Assembly: GCF_009914755.1 (NCBI RefSeq)
Contig: NC_060947.1
DNA: 64,000 nt
Reading direction: 5' to 3' (one strand)
Source: the human T2T-CHM13v2.0 reference genome, Homo sapiens
Position 1 is the first letter of the stretch. Every line of letters starts with the position of its first letter. Below the pieces are notes generated by a model. The model was given only the letters and a program-made list of their open reading frames with translations, was not told the DNA's origin and ran no database searches. Below are positions 1 through 14,449 of this stretch, in pieces. The translations under genes were made by a program, and so were the position numbers.

Positions 1-334
1 GCACATTCGTGCTAAAAATATTCTTTGTTTATATGAAATTCAAATTTAACTAGGTGTCTTATTTTTTATTTACTAAGCATGGCTTAGTGAGCACCCACTT
101 TCTCGAAGACTCCCCTGAGGAATGTGTCAGAAAACTCATGTCATTGAGTTGTAGTTTGTTCCTCTTGGGTGAACCACTACTTCTGAGAGTCTACTGAGCT
201 TCCCTCTGGCTGTGATAAAGTAGAAATATTCTGGTGTTGTCATCTTAAAGAATATACATTAATTTTCAGTGTTTACTCGGGGTCATATATGGTGTCTTGC
301 ATGTTAATTTCATTAATATATTTAGGATCACTCT

Positions 335-500
335 CCAACAGTCTTAGGCGTTTAGTGCTTTGATATTGTCATTTTGAAAAATAAGGAAACTACGGTTCAC
401 AGAGGTTAAATGACCTTTCCTGTGAGAAGAGTTAGTAAATAAGGGAACATGCACTTGAATGGCAGTAGACTAAATTGCAGTCCCGTGTTCTTATGCTGTA
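335..500 (-). mobile_element. MIR SINE fragment
   Basis: Degenerate MIR core 'cattttgaaaaataaggaaactacggttcacagaggttaaatgacct' resembles reverse MIR consensus 'cattttacagatgaggaaactgaggctcagagaggttaagtgactt'. Confidence 0.6.
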
Positions 501-3439
501 TGCTCTGCTGCACATATATACCAAATATGCAGTATGGTCTACAACCACGACAGATAATTCTGTGAAAATATACTGTAGAAAGTGTTATATTTCCCCAGGA
601 ACCAGGTTGAGGAAGCCAGCTGTCATACCTGCTTCAGAGTGAAGGCCTGGTTAGAGCTCCTTCACATGGACATAGCACAGCTCTCTACTTGTCTTCTGTC
701 TTTTAAGTTAAAGCCTAGCTCATTTATCTGAGATTTTTACTAGGTTGTTGGATTCCATTCATGAAGTTAAAATCTCTGAAGCAGGAACTATAGTCTTTTG
801 TTATCTCTCTTAATTTCATTAAGTATATCAGTCTTACATGAAACAGAGCCAGCAACATAAGGTACTATTCTAGCACGTGTTTGGGATCCATTGATAATAT
901 GAAATATAAAATATATGTCTTTTACAGGATAGTCTATCTGGTTTCCTTAAAGCCAAAATGAAAACCTTTCAGCATAGAAATCCCACTAAGAGTTTAACTA
1001 GTCTCAGACTCTTCGGGGAGGCCTGAAAAGAGGCATTTTTTTTTTAACACAGTTTTCATTGTGGAGGCCATATTCAATTGCTCTTTAGAATTGCATAAGA
1101 ATGGTTTAATGCTGACCTTGCTGCTAACCATCTTTTTTTACAGCATTCTATTCTCTTTGCTAAAATGTGTTATATCAGGTAGCAATTAAACAGGCAAGGA
1201 AGGCAAAGAACCTTAGAAATCCCTTATTAGAATCAGACAAAGCTATTCAACCAAAGCCTATCCTATACACTGACTTCTGAAATTAGAAGACAACAAAATA
1301 ACAAAGCAAACATTCAGCCATAGTACCTTCTTTTAAAGAATATCTTACTTTCCTTCCAAATTTTGCCCCTCTTCTGTCCTGCATACCAGTGATCTATCTT
1401 TGACCCCTTTCATCATTTATGTTTCAGGCCCCATAAATCCTTGCTTAGATAAATCATATACAGTCTTCTTCCTACTCTGAGAAGCAAGTACCTTTAATTT
1501 GTTTTAAGAGAATGCCTCATTCTCAGATTATTGGTTTGAGCAAAGAAAGCATGATTAGCTTGCATCACACACCATACAATCTGAGGATGGTTCCTCACAG
1601 GGATTTTTAATAAGGGCTGTTCTGGCTTAGCTCCAAAATCCAAAGTGCCCACAATTGCATGCTCCCAGGCACTTCACTTGCCCTGAAATGTAGGCAATAA
1701 TTGTTGAATTGAGCTCTGGGAGAGAGAGATGCCAGACTGCGGTTCATGTGTAGGGATCCTAGGACCCAGGCATAGAGTGATGTACTTGAGTCCAAACAGA
1801 GACCCAGTCATACTGCTCTGAGAACTGCATCAGCTGGGGGCCTGGGAAATTTTCAGATATGTACCATGAATCCCCTAAAATGTTATGCATCAGCCATGCA
1901 GCTTTTACGTTTGTTAATATTTCATTGACTCAGCAATAGGCACTATACAAATCAGAGAGTTCTGTTTCCCAGAACAAAATAGATCTTTGGAATTTAAATT
2001 CTCCCTGGTATACTTATAAGAAACAAATTAAACACAAGCATGCAGGACAGGGAGGTTTTGAAACTTAATGTTTTAGACTGTAAATCTTGCATGCATTCAG
2101 AATAAATGTGGTTTCTTCTTCTTAATGGTGCCTTTTTCTTGCATTCTCTAATATTTACCCTGTGGAAAAAGGCAAGTCAAATGCTAAATCGTTTGTGATG
2201 CCCTCTTTAATATTACCTGCGTAAATCCTCAACTGGCCTACAAAGCGTGGTCGTTATTTTAGCCTTTTTTCCCCCAAATAACTACAGATTACTAAACAGC
2301 TCTATACATTCAAGGATTTAGAGTTTCCTGTGATTTCTTGGTGGTCACAGAAAGACATTGAGCACAAGTATCCCTCTGAATGTTAATTTGTCTCGGTTTT
2401 CTTTGGGCTGGTTTTGATCATATTCATCAATTGAAATGATGTCCTAGCAGACAGATCACAATTTCTATTTTTTTCAAATACTATAGCTTTATTATTTATG
2501 ATAAAGCAATACGATGTTTTCTGTGTATATCATTGGTCAATAATATCTTAATATGAAAAAGCATCTTGCCTAAAGTTTCCTTATACATGAAAAATTACCA
2601 AAGCTTGCTTGAAACTCCTAATATAGCTATGTGTAAACCTCCAACAACTCAGACACCTCTTCCTGCCACTTTATGCATAAATTATCCTATCAAAGAGCTG
2701 GTATTTATTCTGAGCTCTTTGAAATTCTAATCACTTGTATACACCTCCCCAGGCCAGTTGTCTTTTGAAATTTGGATTACTTACAATTGGCTATTCATAA
2801 GTGCTGGAATATACAGTGTGGAGTGCCACCCATTTAGGAGGCTTTAAAGATTCATTGTTCCATTTTCCTTAGTGGAAATTTAAATGTTTAATAATGATTC
2901 TAAAATGATTCTGCAATTCTCTTTATTTTAATATTAATGCCATTTTTAGTATCTTCTGTGCATGTTGAATAGCTTTTTAATTAAACAGAGATGGTACCCA
3001 GAAATCATCGACCAGAAACCACCTAAAGATTCCATCAAACTATTTTCTCCTGATTTGCCCTGCTAGTGGTGAGAATGTGCAGGGACATGCATGAACCCAT
3101 GTGTACACACACACACACACCCTTTTTTCCTGAAACTATCCACAGAAGAGTCTTTATAGTTTTATTGGATATCAAATTTCTGTTTCACTCAGTACCATTT
3201 CAGTAGATTCTTACTCATATCTGCTTTAATCTCCTTTTTTGCAATTTTGGTTCTTGTCCTGTATCTGAGATAAAATATGATCAAACACGCCTCTGTTTTG
3301 TGGATCGCTAGAGGACGTAATTTGCAATCACTTTGGTTTATCCTGGCTGCTGCCAGAAAACAACAGGAGACCCTTTACTTATGGCATATTTCATGTCACT
3401 TTCCACTTATAACATGAGTTTTTAATGATATATTAGTTC

Positions 3440-3800
3440 CTAAGTACTGCCATTCTCGCCTAGGTTGATTCTCATCATTCTATGCATGGATTGCAACAGC
3501 AACTTACTAATATATTGGTCTAATTCCCATTGTAATGAGTCAGCTTCACTTTCATTTACTGTATCAAGCCTGCCTCATCTTTTCCAATTCACAGTTATGT
3601 TGCCTTATCTTGCCCTCTTCCTCCTCTTAAGTGAGCACTTATTGCCAATCTAGTCTTGAATAAGAAGTTTGAAATTGATGTTTCTTGTTATTTGCCGGCT
3701 GCATATGTATGTCTCATCTTCTGTGTAGAAATCTTAGGTCCTCAGAGCAGCAATTATGCTTAATATTTTCTAGTATTCCTGAAAGCATCTGACACAAGGC
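3440..3800 (+). mobile_element. L2 LINE 3' fragment (highly decayed)
   Basis: Motifs 'catggattgcaacagcaacttactaa..tggtct' and 'gtcctcagagcagcaattatg...gcatctgacaca' resemble the L2 3' region; recognised by eye only. Confidence 0.4.
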
Positions 3801-3909
3801 TTTAATTGGGATAATTTTAACTTTCTATTTATATGTAAATGAAGATATGAAACGAAGCTTATAGTAGGCCCTCAATATCTATGTGATATTTTCCTGTATA
3901 CACACACAC

Positions 3910-4016
<107 letters not shown>

Positions 4017-5236
4017 TTCATATTATATGTGAAAACAAAGAAAACCTTAAATGATTTCTGTAGAAATAAGTCATGGTTCTGAGAAATGCAATACTTTCAT
4101 TATTAACTGTTTTCTGTTATGATTTCATTGAGCCCAAAACTATAAAAAATATTATTTTCCATTATTTCTGACTTCCTTAATAGGTCCTCCCCCTGACCCA
4201 CAAGCACACCCTGTGAGCTTATAAAGTTCTAGTCATAGGATCGTCTGTCTTTGTCCTATTGCATTCATTTTCATCCACAATTATTCCTTTTCATTCTCTC
4301 TGGAATTCTTACATTCATTTGACTGTATACTTTGACTCATGAGTTCTGATTTACATACTGGTGGATTCATTACTTCAGTTGGTTAAACTTCTTAGGATTG
4401 GCCTGGCACCCGGCTATTTGCCCTCTGCCTTCATATAACACATTTCAAGCAAGATAGACTCCCAGAATTTTAGAAAACATCTCCAAAGGAGCGACCTAAT
4501 CTACACTTGACCTACCTAATATTGGAGAGTAATCGGATAGTAAGAGTTCATTGCCTATGCTTTGATTAGATACACTCAGAATTAAAACAGAGTCCTTATA
4601 CTGACATCATTCTACATAAACAGAGTTAATATGACTTATTTGTGTTATTTTACATCTAAGATACAGTTCACACAACATTGGCCCATGCAATATTCAAATA
4701 AACTTATATTTTCTGAAAGATTTATGTTATACGATGTTAAAGTAAAAAGAATTGATTCTCTGAATTATTTACTAAGCTTAACAGAACTTAGAAGCTGTTT
4801 CTGCATTTTTAAATGTATCTCTCCCTTGTGAAAATCAAGAGCTGCTCATTTTGGCATTTGAAGCAAAGGAATGAAGTATTTTATTTCATTTTGCTTTAGC
4901 TAATGATTCTAAACTCAAAAGTTTACTGTTGGTTAATGATTCTACACTAGGATATTTTAGGAGATTACAAAACATTATCTTTTCAGAACACTGTTAACTT
5001 TCAGTCAACCCAGTTTAATTTCCCATGAAAAACTAAATTTTGAGCTAGATTTTTAACTTACTAAAGCATAAAAGTAAATCAGAGATAATACAGCAAAGCA
5101 TTATATTCTTATTAAAATGTCCATCATTTTTAATATTATGAGTTCAGCATAATTACAGAAAAGCAACTAATATTTTAAGAACTTCATATTGTATTTTTGA
5201 AAAATAACAGAAGAACAAGTTTTCAATAGTCAATTA

Positions 5237-6789
5237 GGTTTTTGTTTTCCAAGATGGCAGATTGGAGGCTTTCATCATGCGTCTGCCACTTGGGAAGACC
5301 AAAATCATGCATAAAGATCAACTCTGTAAGCTTTAATTCAACAATGAAAACGGGAATCCACCGAAATACTGAAAGACACTCCAGATCCCGTAGAGAAGGT
5401 GGACAAGCAGCCCCCATGATGGCGTTTGATGAATAAAAGTGAGTGAAGCCCATAATAAGAAAGGGGCAGGAAGTCTCTGTGATTCACCTTTCCACTGGGG
5501 ATCTAAGCAACGTAGAAGAAGGGAGAGAACATTATTTCTCCGAAGTCTTGGAGCTGCCTTACAGACAGGCTAGAAGACATTGAGAAGGGAAGACAGTGGG
5601 GAGAGCTATAAGCATTTTCCCAGACCAGAGATGGAGAGCAGGACACCATTTTTATTCAGGCCCATACAAAGTCAGTCATTCTTTGGTGACCTGGGAGGAT
5701 GGCCATGCAGGCATTTTAGTCTTGGGCCAAAGATGGTAGTACCCACTCTGGAGTGGGTTAGGGTCCTCCATAGCCAGAACTGTGGAAAGCACCTCAGAGG
5801 TAGGTGCTAGAATTGCACTGTCCCCTATCACAGGCTAAGGGTGCAAGGAGAACTGCTACAGCTGCAGTTTCTCCTTGGTAACAAGACTTGAAGTCAATGA
5901 CAGCTTAGCAATCTGGAACTGACCTGCATGTGACATTGCTCAGCACTGCAGCCTGCTCACCTGGGATTGTGGTGCAGAGGGGCCCTCTCTGTTCCAGACC
6001 CAGGCAGATCTCCAGGCATTCGGAGCACCCACTTGCACAGATTAGAGTCTAGTGGGACCCTCTCCACTCTATTCCTCTAGGCAACTGTACACTCCCTTGC
6101 CTGGAGCAGCTGCCTGAACTGCCCCACCCTTCCTGTGCATAGATTGTGGCATAGCTGGGCCCTCTCTGCTCTATGTCCAGGCAGATTTCCTTGTATTTGG
6201 AGTGTCTGCTTACTTGGATCTGCAGACTGATTCACCCCATTTTAGTGCAGAGATTGTGGTGCAATGTGGCCACCTATGCTCCATGCCCAGGCAGATCTGC
6301 AGGCATCTGGAGCACCTGCTGTCTTGGATTAGGAGTAAACTCAGACCTCCCTGACCATATAGAAAACTTGGGGGCAAAGGAGGTTCCCCAGCTCCATGCC
6401 TAGGTACACCTCTGAGAAATTGGTGACTGGCCAGTTGACACCCCTCAGTGCTGGTGTTTTAGTCTGCCATTAAGTAATCTGTAGGCGGGCCTGACTGGTC
6501 CAGCCCCACCTATCTTGGTTTCCTGCTATGGGGCTTCTCAGGGAGCTGACACCACTGTGCACTCCACAGATCAGCCCATTTCCTAAACAAGGATCAAGTA
6601 TGTACTCATCCACATTAGCTGCGGACAGCTCTTACCTATAAGCACCATCTACTGGCCTGTAGGTTGAACCACATAGCCCAATATAAAACCAGCTAAAGGA
6701 AGTGTATAGGGCTATAGAAACAAAAGCCAAAAGACAGTACCCAACACTCTCTACAGTCACATCTCCTAGGGAGGGGGGAAAGGGGAAAA

Positions 6790-6823
<34 letters not shown>

Positions 6824-9800
6824 TAGCAAAAATAAGAAAGTATTCCTATACACATGAAAATAATTGCAAAAGTTAGAAGTGCCAGTGTCCCCAGATAAGA
6901 AGAAACCAGTGTAAGAATTCCGGCACCATGAAAAATCTGAATGTCGTGACATCACCAAATAATCACACTAACTCCCCAGCAATGGTTCCTAATCAAAATG
7001 GAAAATTGGAAATGACAGATAAAAAATAAAGCATGGATTACAAGGAAGCTTAATAAGATCCAGGAAAAGGTTGAAAACCAACACAAAGAAACTTATAAAG
7101 CAATTCAGAAAATAAAGAGATAAACATCTTGAAGATAAATCAGTCAGAGCATTTGGAATTGAAAAATTGACTTAAGGAATTTCAAAACACAAATGAAAGC
7201 TTTATTAATAGTCTAGACCAAGCAGAAGAAAGAATTTCAGAGGTTGAGGAACAGTCTTGCAAATAAACTCAGATAAAAACAAGAAAAAAACTTAAATGAA
7301 TAAGGCCTCTTAGAAATATGGGATTATGTAAAATGACCAAACCTACAATTTATTGGCATTCCTTAGAGAGAAAGAGAAAAAGTAAACAACCCAGAAAATG
7401 TATTTGAAGGAATAATCTAAGGAAATTTCCCTAGTCTTGCTGGAGAGGTAGACATCCGGGCACAAGAAATTTAGAGAACATCTGCAAGATACTATACAAA
7501 ATAAATATCACCAAGGAATATATAGTCACTAGACTGTTCAAGGTCAAAGCTAAATGAAAGATCTTAAAAGCAGCTAGGGAAAAAGTTCAGATCACTTACG
7601 AAAGTAACCTCATCAGGCTAACAGCACACTTCTCAGCAGGAACCTTACAAACGATAAGGGAGTGGGGACCTATTTTCAGTATTCTTGAAGAAAAAAATCC
7701 AACCAAAAATTTCATACCTTTCCAATCTAAACTTCATGAGTGAAGGAGAAATAAAATATTTTCCAGACAAGCAATCACTAAAGGAATTCATTACCAGTAG
7801 ACTAGGCTTACAAGAGATCCTCAAGAGAGCAATAAATATGGAAACAAAACAACAATCCCTTACCCCAAACCACATTTAAATATATAGTCCGCAGACCCTA
7901 TCAAGTAACTACGTAATAGAAACTACAAAGCAACCAGCTAACAACTTCACGATAGTATCAAAACTTCACCTATCAATATAAACCTTAAGTGTTAATCGTC
8001 TAAACGCACCACTTAAAAGACACAGAGTGATAAGTTGAATAAAAAATTAGACCCATCCATCTGTTGTCTTCAAGAAATTAATCTCACAGGTAATGACACC
8101 CACAGGCTCATGGTAAAAGGTTGGAGAATGTTATATAATACAAATAGAAAACAAAAGAACAGGAATCACAACTCTTATATCAGATAAAACAGACTTTAAA
8201 CAAGCAGCAGTAAAAACGGACAAAGAAGGACATTATATAAAGTTAAAATATCCAATTCAACAAAAGGACTTAAATATCCTAAATATATACACACCCAGCA
8301 TTGGAAAATGCAGACACATAAAACAAGTACTTCTAGATCTACAAAAAGACTTAACAACCACACAATAATACTGGGGAACTTAGTCACTCCACTGACTGCA
8401 TTAGACAGATTATTGAATGAGAAAAGTAACAAAAAATTGTGGACTTAAATTCCTTACTTGACCAATTCTAACTAATAGTCATCTACAGACTACTCTATCC
8501 ATCAACCACAGAATATACATTCCTTTCTTCTGCACACAGAACATACTCTAAGACTTAGCACACGCTTGGTCATAAAGCAAGCCCTAATAATTTCATAAAA
8601 ATCAAAATTATACCAACCATACTCTCAGAACAATGTGGAGTAAACATAGAAATCAGTAACAAGAAGATCTCTCAAAACCAGGCAATTATATGGAAATTTA
8701 AAAACTTGTTCCTGAATGACTTTTGAGTAAAAAACAAAATTAAGCAGACATCAAAAATTATTTGAAATCAATCAAAACAAACATTGCATACCAAAATCTC
8801 TGGGATACAGCAAAAAGCATTAAGAGGAAAGTTTATAGCACTAAACACTTATATCAAGAAATTAGAATGATCTCAAATTAACCATCTAACCTCACACCAA
8901 GAGGACAAAAAAAAAAAAAAAACTAACTCCAAAGCTATAGGAAGAAAACAAATAACTAAAATCAGAGCATAACTGAATGAAATTCAGCCTCCCAAATCCA
9001 TACAAAGGATAAATGAAACCTAAAGTTAGTTCTCTGGAAAGATAAAATTAATAGACTGCCAGCTAGATGAACAAAGAAAAACGGGAGAAGATCTAAATGA
9101 GCACAATCAGAAAGGACAAAGGAGGTAACATTGTAACTGATCCTACAAAGATACAGAAAATTCTCAGAGACTATTATGAACATGTCTATGCACACAAATT
9201 AAAAAATCTAGATGAAATGGACAAATTCCTAGAAACACATCTTCCCAAGATTGAATCAGGAAGAAATGGTAACTAATCAGACCAATATCGAGTTCCAAAC
9301 TTGAATCAGTTATAAAAAATCCACCAAACAAAAAAAACCTTGCACTGATGCATTTACAGCAAAATTCTACCTGATGTAGAGAGAAGAGCTGATACCAATT
9401 TTACTGCAACTATTCCAAAAAATTGAGGAAGTGAGACTCCTCCTTAACTCATTCTATGAAGCCAGCATCACCCTGATTAAAAAATAAAAATTAAAAAAAA
9501 AACCTGGCAAAGATACAATGACAAAAGAAAACTTTAGGGCAATATTTCTTCTGAACAGAGACAGAAAAATTCTAAACAAAATACTAGCAAACAGAATCCA
9601 GCAGCACATCAATAAATTAATTCACCACAGTCAAGTAGGCTTTATTACTGGGATGCAAGATTGGTTCAACATACACAAATCAATAAATGTGATTCACACA
9701 TAAACAGAATTAAAAATAAAAACTATATGATCATCTGAATAGATGCAGAGAAAGCTTTCAATAAAATCTAACACTCCCTCACGATAAAAACCCTCAACCA

Positions 9801-11983
9801 ACTAGGCATTAAAATAGTCTACCTCAAAATAATAAGAACCTTCTGTGACAGATCTGTAGCAAACATCATACTGAATGGACAAAACCTGGAAGCATTACCC
9901 TTAAGAACAGGATCAAGACAAGGATGCCTACTCTCACCACTCCTATCCAACATAGTACTGGAAGTTGTATCCAGAACAATCAAACAAGGGAAAGAAATAA
10001 AAGCCATTCAAATAGGTAAAGAAGTCAAATTATCTCTCATCTTTGATGATATGATTCTATAGCCTGAAAACCCTGAAGACTGCCAAAATTCTCCTAGACC
10101 TGACAAACAACTTTAGTGAAGTTTTAGCATACAAAATCAACATATAAAAATCAGTAGCATTTCTGTACACCAATGTTCTAAGCTAATATCCAAATCTTAA
10201 CACAATCCTATTTACAATAGGCACAAAAAGTGAGATATCTAAGAACACAGCTAACCAAGCAGGTGAAAGATCTCTACAAGGATCACTATAAAATACTGCT
10301 GAAATGAATCAGAGAAGACACAAACAAATGGAAAAAATATTCTGTTCTCATGGATTGGAATAATTAATATAGTTATTAATGGCCATACTTCCCAAAGTAA
10401 TTTACAGATTCAACACAATTCCTACCAAACTACCAATATCATTTTTCACAGAATTAGAAAAAAAAAATTCTCAAATTCATATGGAATCAACAAAGAGTGA
10501 GAACAACCAAAGCAAACCTAAGTAAAAAGCACAAATCTGAAGGCATCACATAACCCAATTTCAAACTCTACTACAAGGCTGCAGTAATAAAACAGCACAG
10601 TACTGGTATAAACACAGACACATAGATCAATGAAACAGAATAGGGAATCCAGAAATAAACCTGCACACCTACATCTACCTGTTTTTTTACAAAGTCGACA
10701 AAAAAAAGCAATGGGGAAAGGAATCCCTATCCAATAATTCGTGCTGGGATAACTGGCTAGTCATATGCAGAAGAATCAAACTGGACCCCTACCTTTCATT
10801 GTATACAAAAATTAACTCAAGATGAATTAAGATTTAAATGTAAGACTTCAAACTATAAAAATCTTAGATGAAAACCCAGGAAATATTAATATAATTCTGA
10901 ACATTGTTCTTGGCAAAGAATTTATGACTAAGTCCTCGAAGCAATTACAACAAAACCAAAAACTGACGAGTGGGACCTAATTAAACTAAAGAGTTTTTGC
11001 ACAGCGAAATAATCTATCAACAGAATAAACAGACAACCCACAATATGGGAGAAAATATTTGCAAACCATGCATCTGACGAAGGTCTAATATGCCTAATCT
11101 ATACGGAACTTAAAGAACTCAAGCAAAAAATAAATAACCCTATTAAAAAGTAGGCAAAGGACATGAATAGATACTTATCAGAAGAAGACATACAAGCATC
11201 CAACAAACATATGAAACAATCTTCATCATCAATAAGCATTAGAGAAATGCAAATAAAAACAACAGTGACACACCATCTCTCACCAGTCAGAATGGCTATT
11301 ATTAAAAAATAATAATAATAAATAACAGATGATGGCAGGGCTGTGGAGAAAGGTAAACACTTATACACTGCTGGTGGGAATGTAAATTAGTTTAGCCACT
11401 GTGGAATGCAGTTTTGAGATTTCTCAAAGAAATAAAAACTGCTCTATCATTCAACCCAGCAATCCAATTACTGGGTATATAACCAAAGGAAAACAAATTG
11501 TTTTACAAAAAAAGTCAGATGCACTTGTATGTTCATCGCAGCACTATCTGCAATAGCAAAGACATGGAATCGAACTAGGTGTCCATGCAGTGGATTGAAG
11601 AAAATATGGTGCATACACAGCATGGAATACTATGCATTCATTAAAAACAAAGTGAAATCATGTTCTTTGCAGCAACGTGGATGTAGCTGGAGGCCATCAC
11701 CCTAAGTGAATTAATGTAGAAACAGAAAACCAAATATTGCTTATTCTAATTTATTAGTGGGAGCTAAACATGGGGTACTCATGGTCATAATGATGACAAC
11801 AATAGACACGGGGGTGAGAGGAGGAGGGGAGCAAAAGCTGAAAAACTACCTATTGGATACTATGCTTACTCCCTGGGTGACAGAATTATTTGTACCTCCA
11901 ACCTCAGTACCACACAGTATATCCATGTAACAAATCTGCATATGTACCCCCTGAATCTAAAATCAAACTTGAAATTATTTTTT
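5237..11983 (+). mobile_element. Near full-length old primate L1 (L1PA15-17 class), both ORFs disrupted
   Basis: 5' UTR begins 'ttccaagatggcagattggaggc'; ORF1 remnant (7685-7879 IQPKISYLSNLNFMSEGEIKYFPDKQSL); ORF2 RT remnant (9518-9703 [15 protein letters not shown]); 3' end 'gtaccccctgaatctaaaatcaaacttgaaatta'. Possible decayed TSD aatagtcaatta (5225-5236) / aacattcgatta (11984-11995). Confidence 0.93.
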
Positions 11984-12179
11984 AACATTCGATTACAATG
12001 TTTGAGCTACAGTTATGGCTAGACGAGCATCAATATCACAGATGCTAAAGCAGAAGCTATCAGGGTGTACTTTAGAAGACATTCTCTTTTTCATTTCAAA
12101 AACGAAATTTAAGTGTCTAGAAATGTTGGTTTCAATAGAACATTCATGACAATCCTAAACTTAGATGATACGAAGTGTA

Positions 12180-13370
12180 TGAGGATGGTTTTGGCTATAA
12201 ATAATAGACTATCCAACTAAAATTGGCTTAAAAATAAAGACATTTATTATCCAATGTAACATGTCTGGAAGCAGGTTTGGTTTATTCTGAGGCTAAATGA
12301 CAACATCAAAAGCCCAGGATCTGTCTGTCTGCTCATCAATCCTTGGCCCACTGGCTTTCAACTTCAGATTTGTAACTAAAGCGGTTATAAAATGGGTGTG
12401 AAGCATTAGACCTTCACTGATAATGTTCATAGGCAGGATCATTTATATTGTTCATGTTAGGGGTAGAAGGTGTCTGAGTTACCAGCAGTGAATCCACATG
12501 GGTCTGCAGCAACCTCAATTCTTGTCTCCTCAGAAGAAAGAATTCAACTGAGGGGCATAAAGCAGAAAATGAGACCAAGGCAAGTCTCAGAGCAGTAATG
12601 GAAGCTTATTAAAAAGCTTTAGAGCAGGAAAGACAGGAAAGTACACTTGGAAGAGACCCAAGTGGGCGAACTGAAGGACAAGTGCAGCATTTAACCTTGA
12701 TCCTAGGACTTTATATGCTGCCCCACTTCTGGCATCCTGTGCCCCTTTCTCATGATTCTTCCCTTAGGGTGGGCTGCCCGCATGCGCAGTGTCCTCCTTA
12801 AACTTGAGAAGTGAGCATGCCCAGTGTGTTTAAGAAGTTGTATGTATGCCCACCTGAGACTCTCTTTCCATTTCCTGTGTAATGCACCTGGAACGTCATA
12901 CTCTGCCATTTTGTCTCTTAGTGTGCATTCCTGGACTCACTTGCCCAACTCCTGAGATTTTATTGGAAGCTGATTGCTAATCTCAAGTGTTTTTTTATCT
13001 GTTTGGAAAGTTGCCTGTCCCTGGAGCCTGTGATCAATTAACACTTTAGTGTGACAGCTGTGGACCTTCAGGAGCTTGTCTCCCGCCGGCTCCAGCTGCC
13101 AAATTATCATTTTTGGAGAGGCAGTGTGATAACTGCTGTATCATCCCCTGACGGTCCCCTGACATTCCCGGTTGGTGGGGGGAGAGCCCTCTCCTGCCCC
13201 GCTCATGCCTATTTAACTACCTGTAATATTCACAGATTTGACTCTTATATTGAGAAGGAAAATCACAACCAAAAACTTCCTAGCAAACTTATCCTCAGAG
13301 ATCATTATCTGGGATTAAATTACATCCATGCCCTGCTGCAGGGGTAGCTGGGAATGTATCTGGCACTAAA
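12180..13370 (-). mobile_element. Ancient MaLR-type (MLT1-like) LTR split by the MER50-like insertion
   Basis: 'ttttggctataaataatagactatccaactaaaattggcttaaaaataaagacatttatt' resembles the reverse end of old MLT1 LTRs; similar sequence resumes after 13232. Confidence 0.45.
12455..13228 (-). mobile_element. ERV1 solo LTR, MER50-like
   Basis: Termini TGTTA...TGTAATA, 4-bp TSD TTCA (12451-12454 / 13229-13232); motifs 'cagcaacctcaattcttgtctcctcagaagaaagaattc' and 'gagccctctcctgccccgctcatgcc'. Confidence 0.85.
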
Positions 13371-13374
13371 ATGG

Positions 13375-14170
13375 AGGTTGGGGGACTTTGACTTCCACGA
13401 TGATTGAGTGGTCATACTTTCTTCCTGTTCCTCCCACTAAATACAACTAAAAACCCTAGGCATTATGTATGAAGAAAACAAAAGTAAACTCTGATAGTTG
13501 GAAAGAAGGTAGATTAGTTAGAGACCGTGGGACACAAGGAACAACACAGTGATGAATTTCCTGGGTTTTCTTTTTACTTCACACATCTCAGGGTTCTAGC
13601 TGAAGAAGTCAGCAACTTGAACCACCAATGAGTGCGGACCAAAGTATCCCACCCACACACAAAGATGGGCAGACAAGCAAGGCAAAATAACTTTTAGAAA
13701 ATAACCCACTCCACTCCAGTCAAACACCACAGAAAGATCTGTGGGTGGAACCTCACCAAGATTAACAAAAGCTGAGTGGTGAACCTAGATGTCTACCCTC
13801 ACCAAGCTTTAATGAGGCACCCCAACTCCTACCTAACCCTGCTAGGGTTACATCAGATAAGCTGAGTGTGAAATTGGATTTTCATCTCCTCAAGCTGATA
13901 ACAAGATATCTCTTCACTCCATGGTGTCATTAGAGGCCATGTGGAGAGCCAGGACTTTTAACCTCACCCCAAAATGTAGTGAGGTGGCCCTCTGCCTCTC
14001 TGATGGAGTGGCATCAGAGGAGGCCCATTAGAGAGCCAGAACTTTCACCACTTTACAGCAGTGACAAGTCCACCACATCACAGAGTCAGTGGAAGCCATG
14101 TGGGGAACAGTAATGAAGCACTCCTACTCCTCTTCCCCAGGGGGATACCTATGGAAGCCTAATGGGGAGA
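13375..14170 (+). mobile_element. Old mammalian L1 5' UTR fragment (L1MC/L1MD class)
   Basis: Start 'gacttccacgatgattgagtggtcatactttcttcctgttcctcccactaaatacaactaaaaaccct' with internally repeated 'gagccaggactttcacc'-like units. Confidence 0.55.
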
Positions 14171-14174
14171 CATA

Positions 14175-14445
14175 CATACAACCCTGGGAAACAGGAATCA
14201 TAAGCCCTTTCAAATGTTGAAATTAAAATGAGCCCCATGTTCTTGAAAAAACATAATGGTTGAGAAATTCCCCTTACCTTTTGGAGCTCCAGAAAACAGC
14301 TTACTGCAAACTACCCTTCCCCATATGACTTAGAGAAGACTGATGGATGCCTTCCTTTGTTTACCTGTAACTATGTCCGATACAGACCCACCAAATTCCT
14401 GTTTTTTTTTTTCTTTTTTGCCTCATAATTGATTAGTAGAACTTC
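14175..14445 (+). mobile_element. ERV1 LTR fragment (MER31/MER67-like)
   Basis: 'cttactgcaaactacccttccccatatgacttagagaagact' resembles MER31-group LTRs; truncated on the right. Confidence 0.45.
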
Positions 14446-14449
14446 AGTA

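Noticed and set aside
500-3400. Apparently unique sequence (also 48650-51580) as possible exons or enhancers
   Set aside because: No convincing ORF with splice sites and no CpG island; conservation cannot be judged from this sequence alone.
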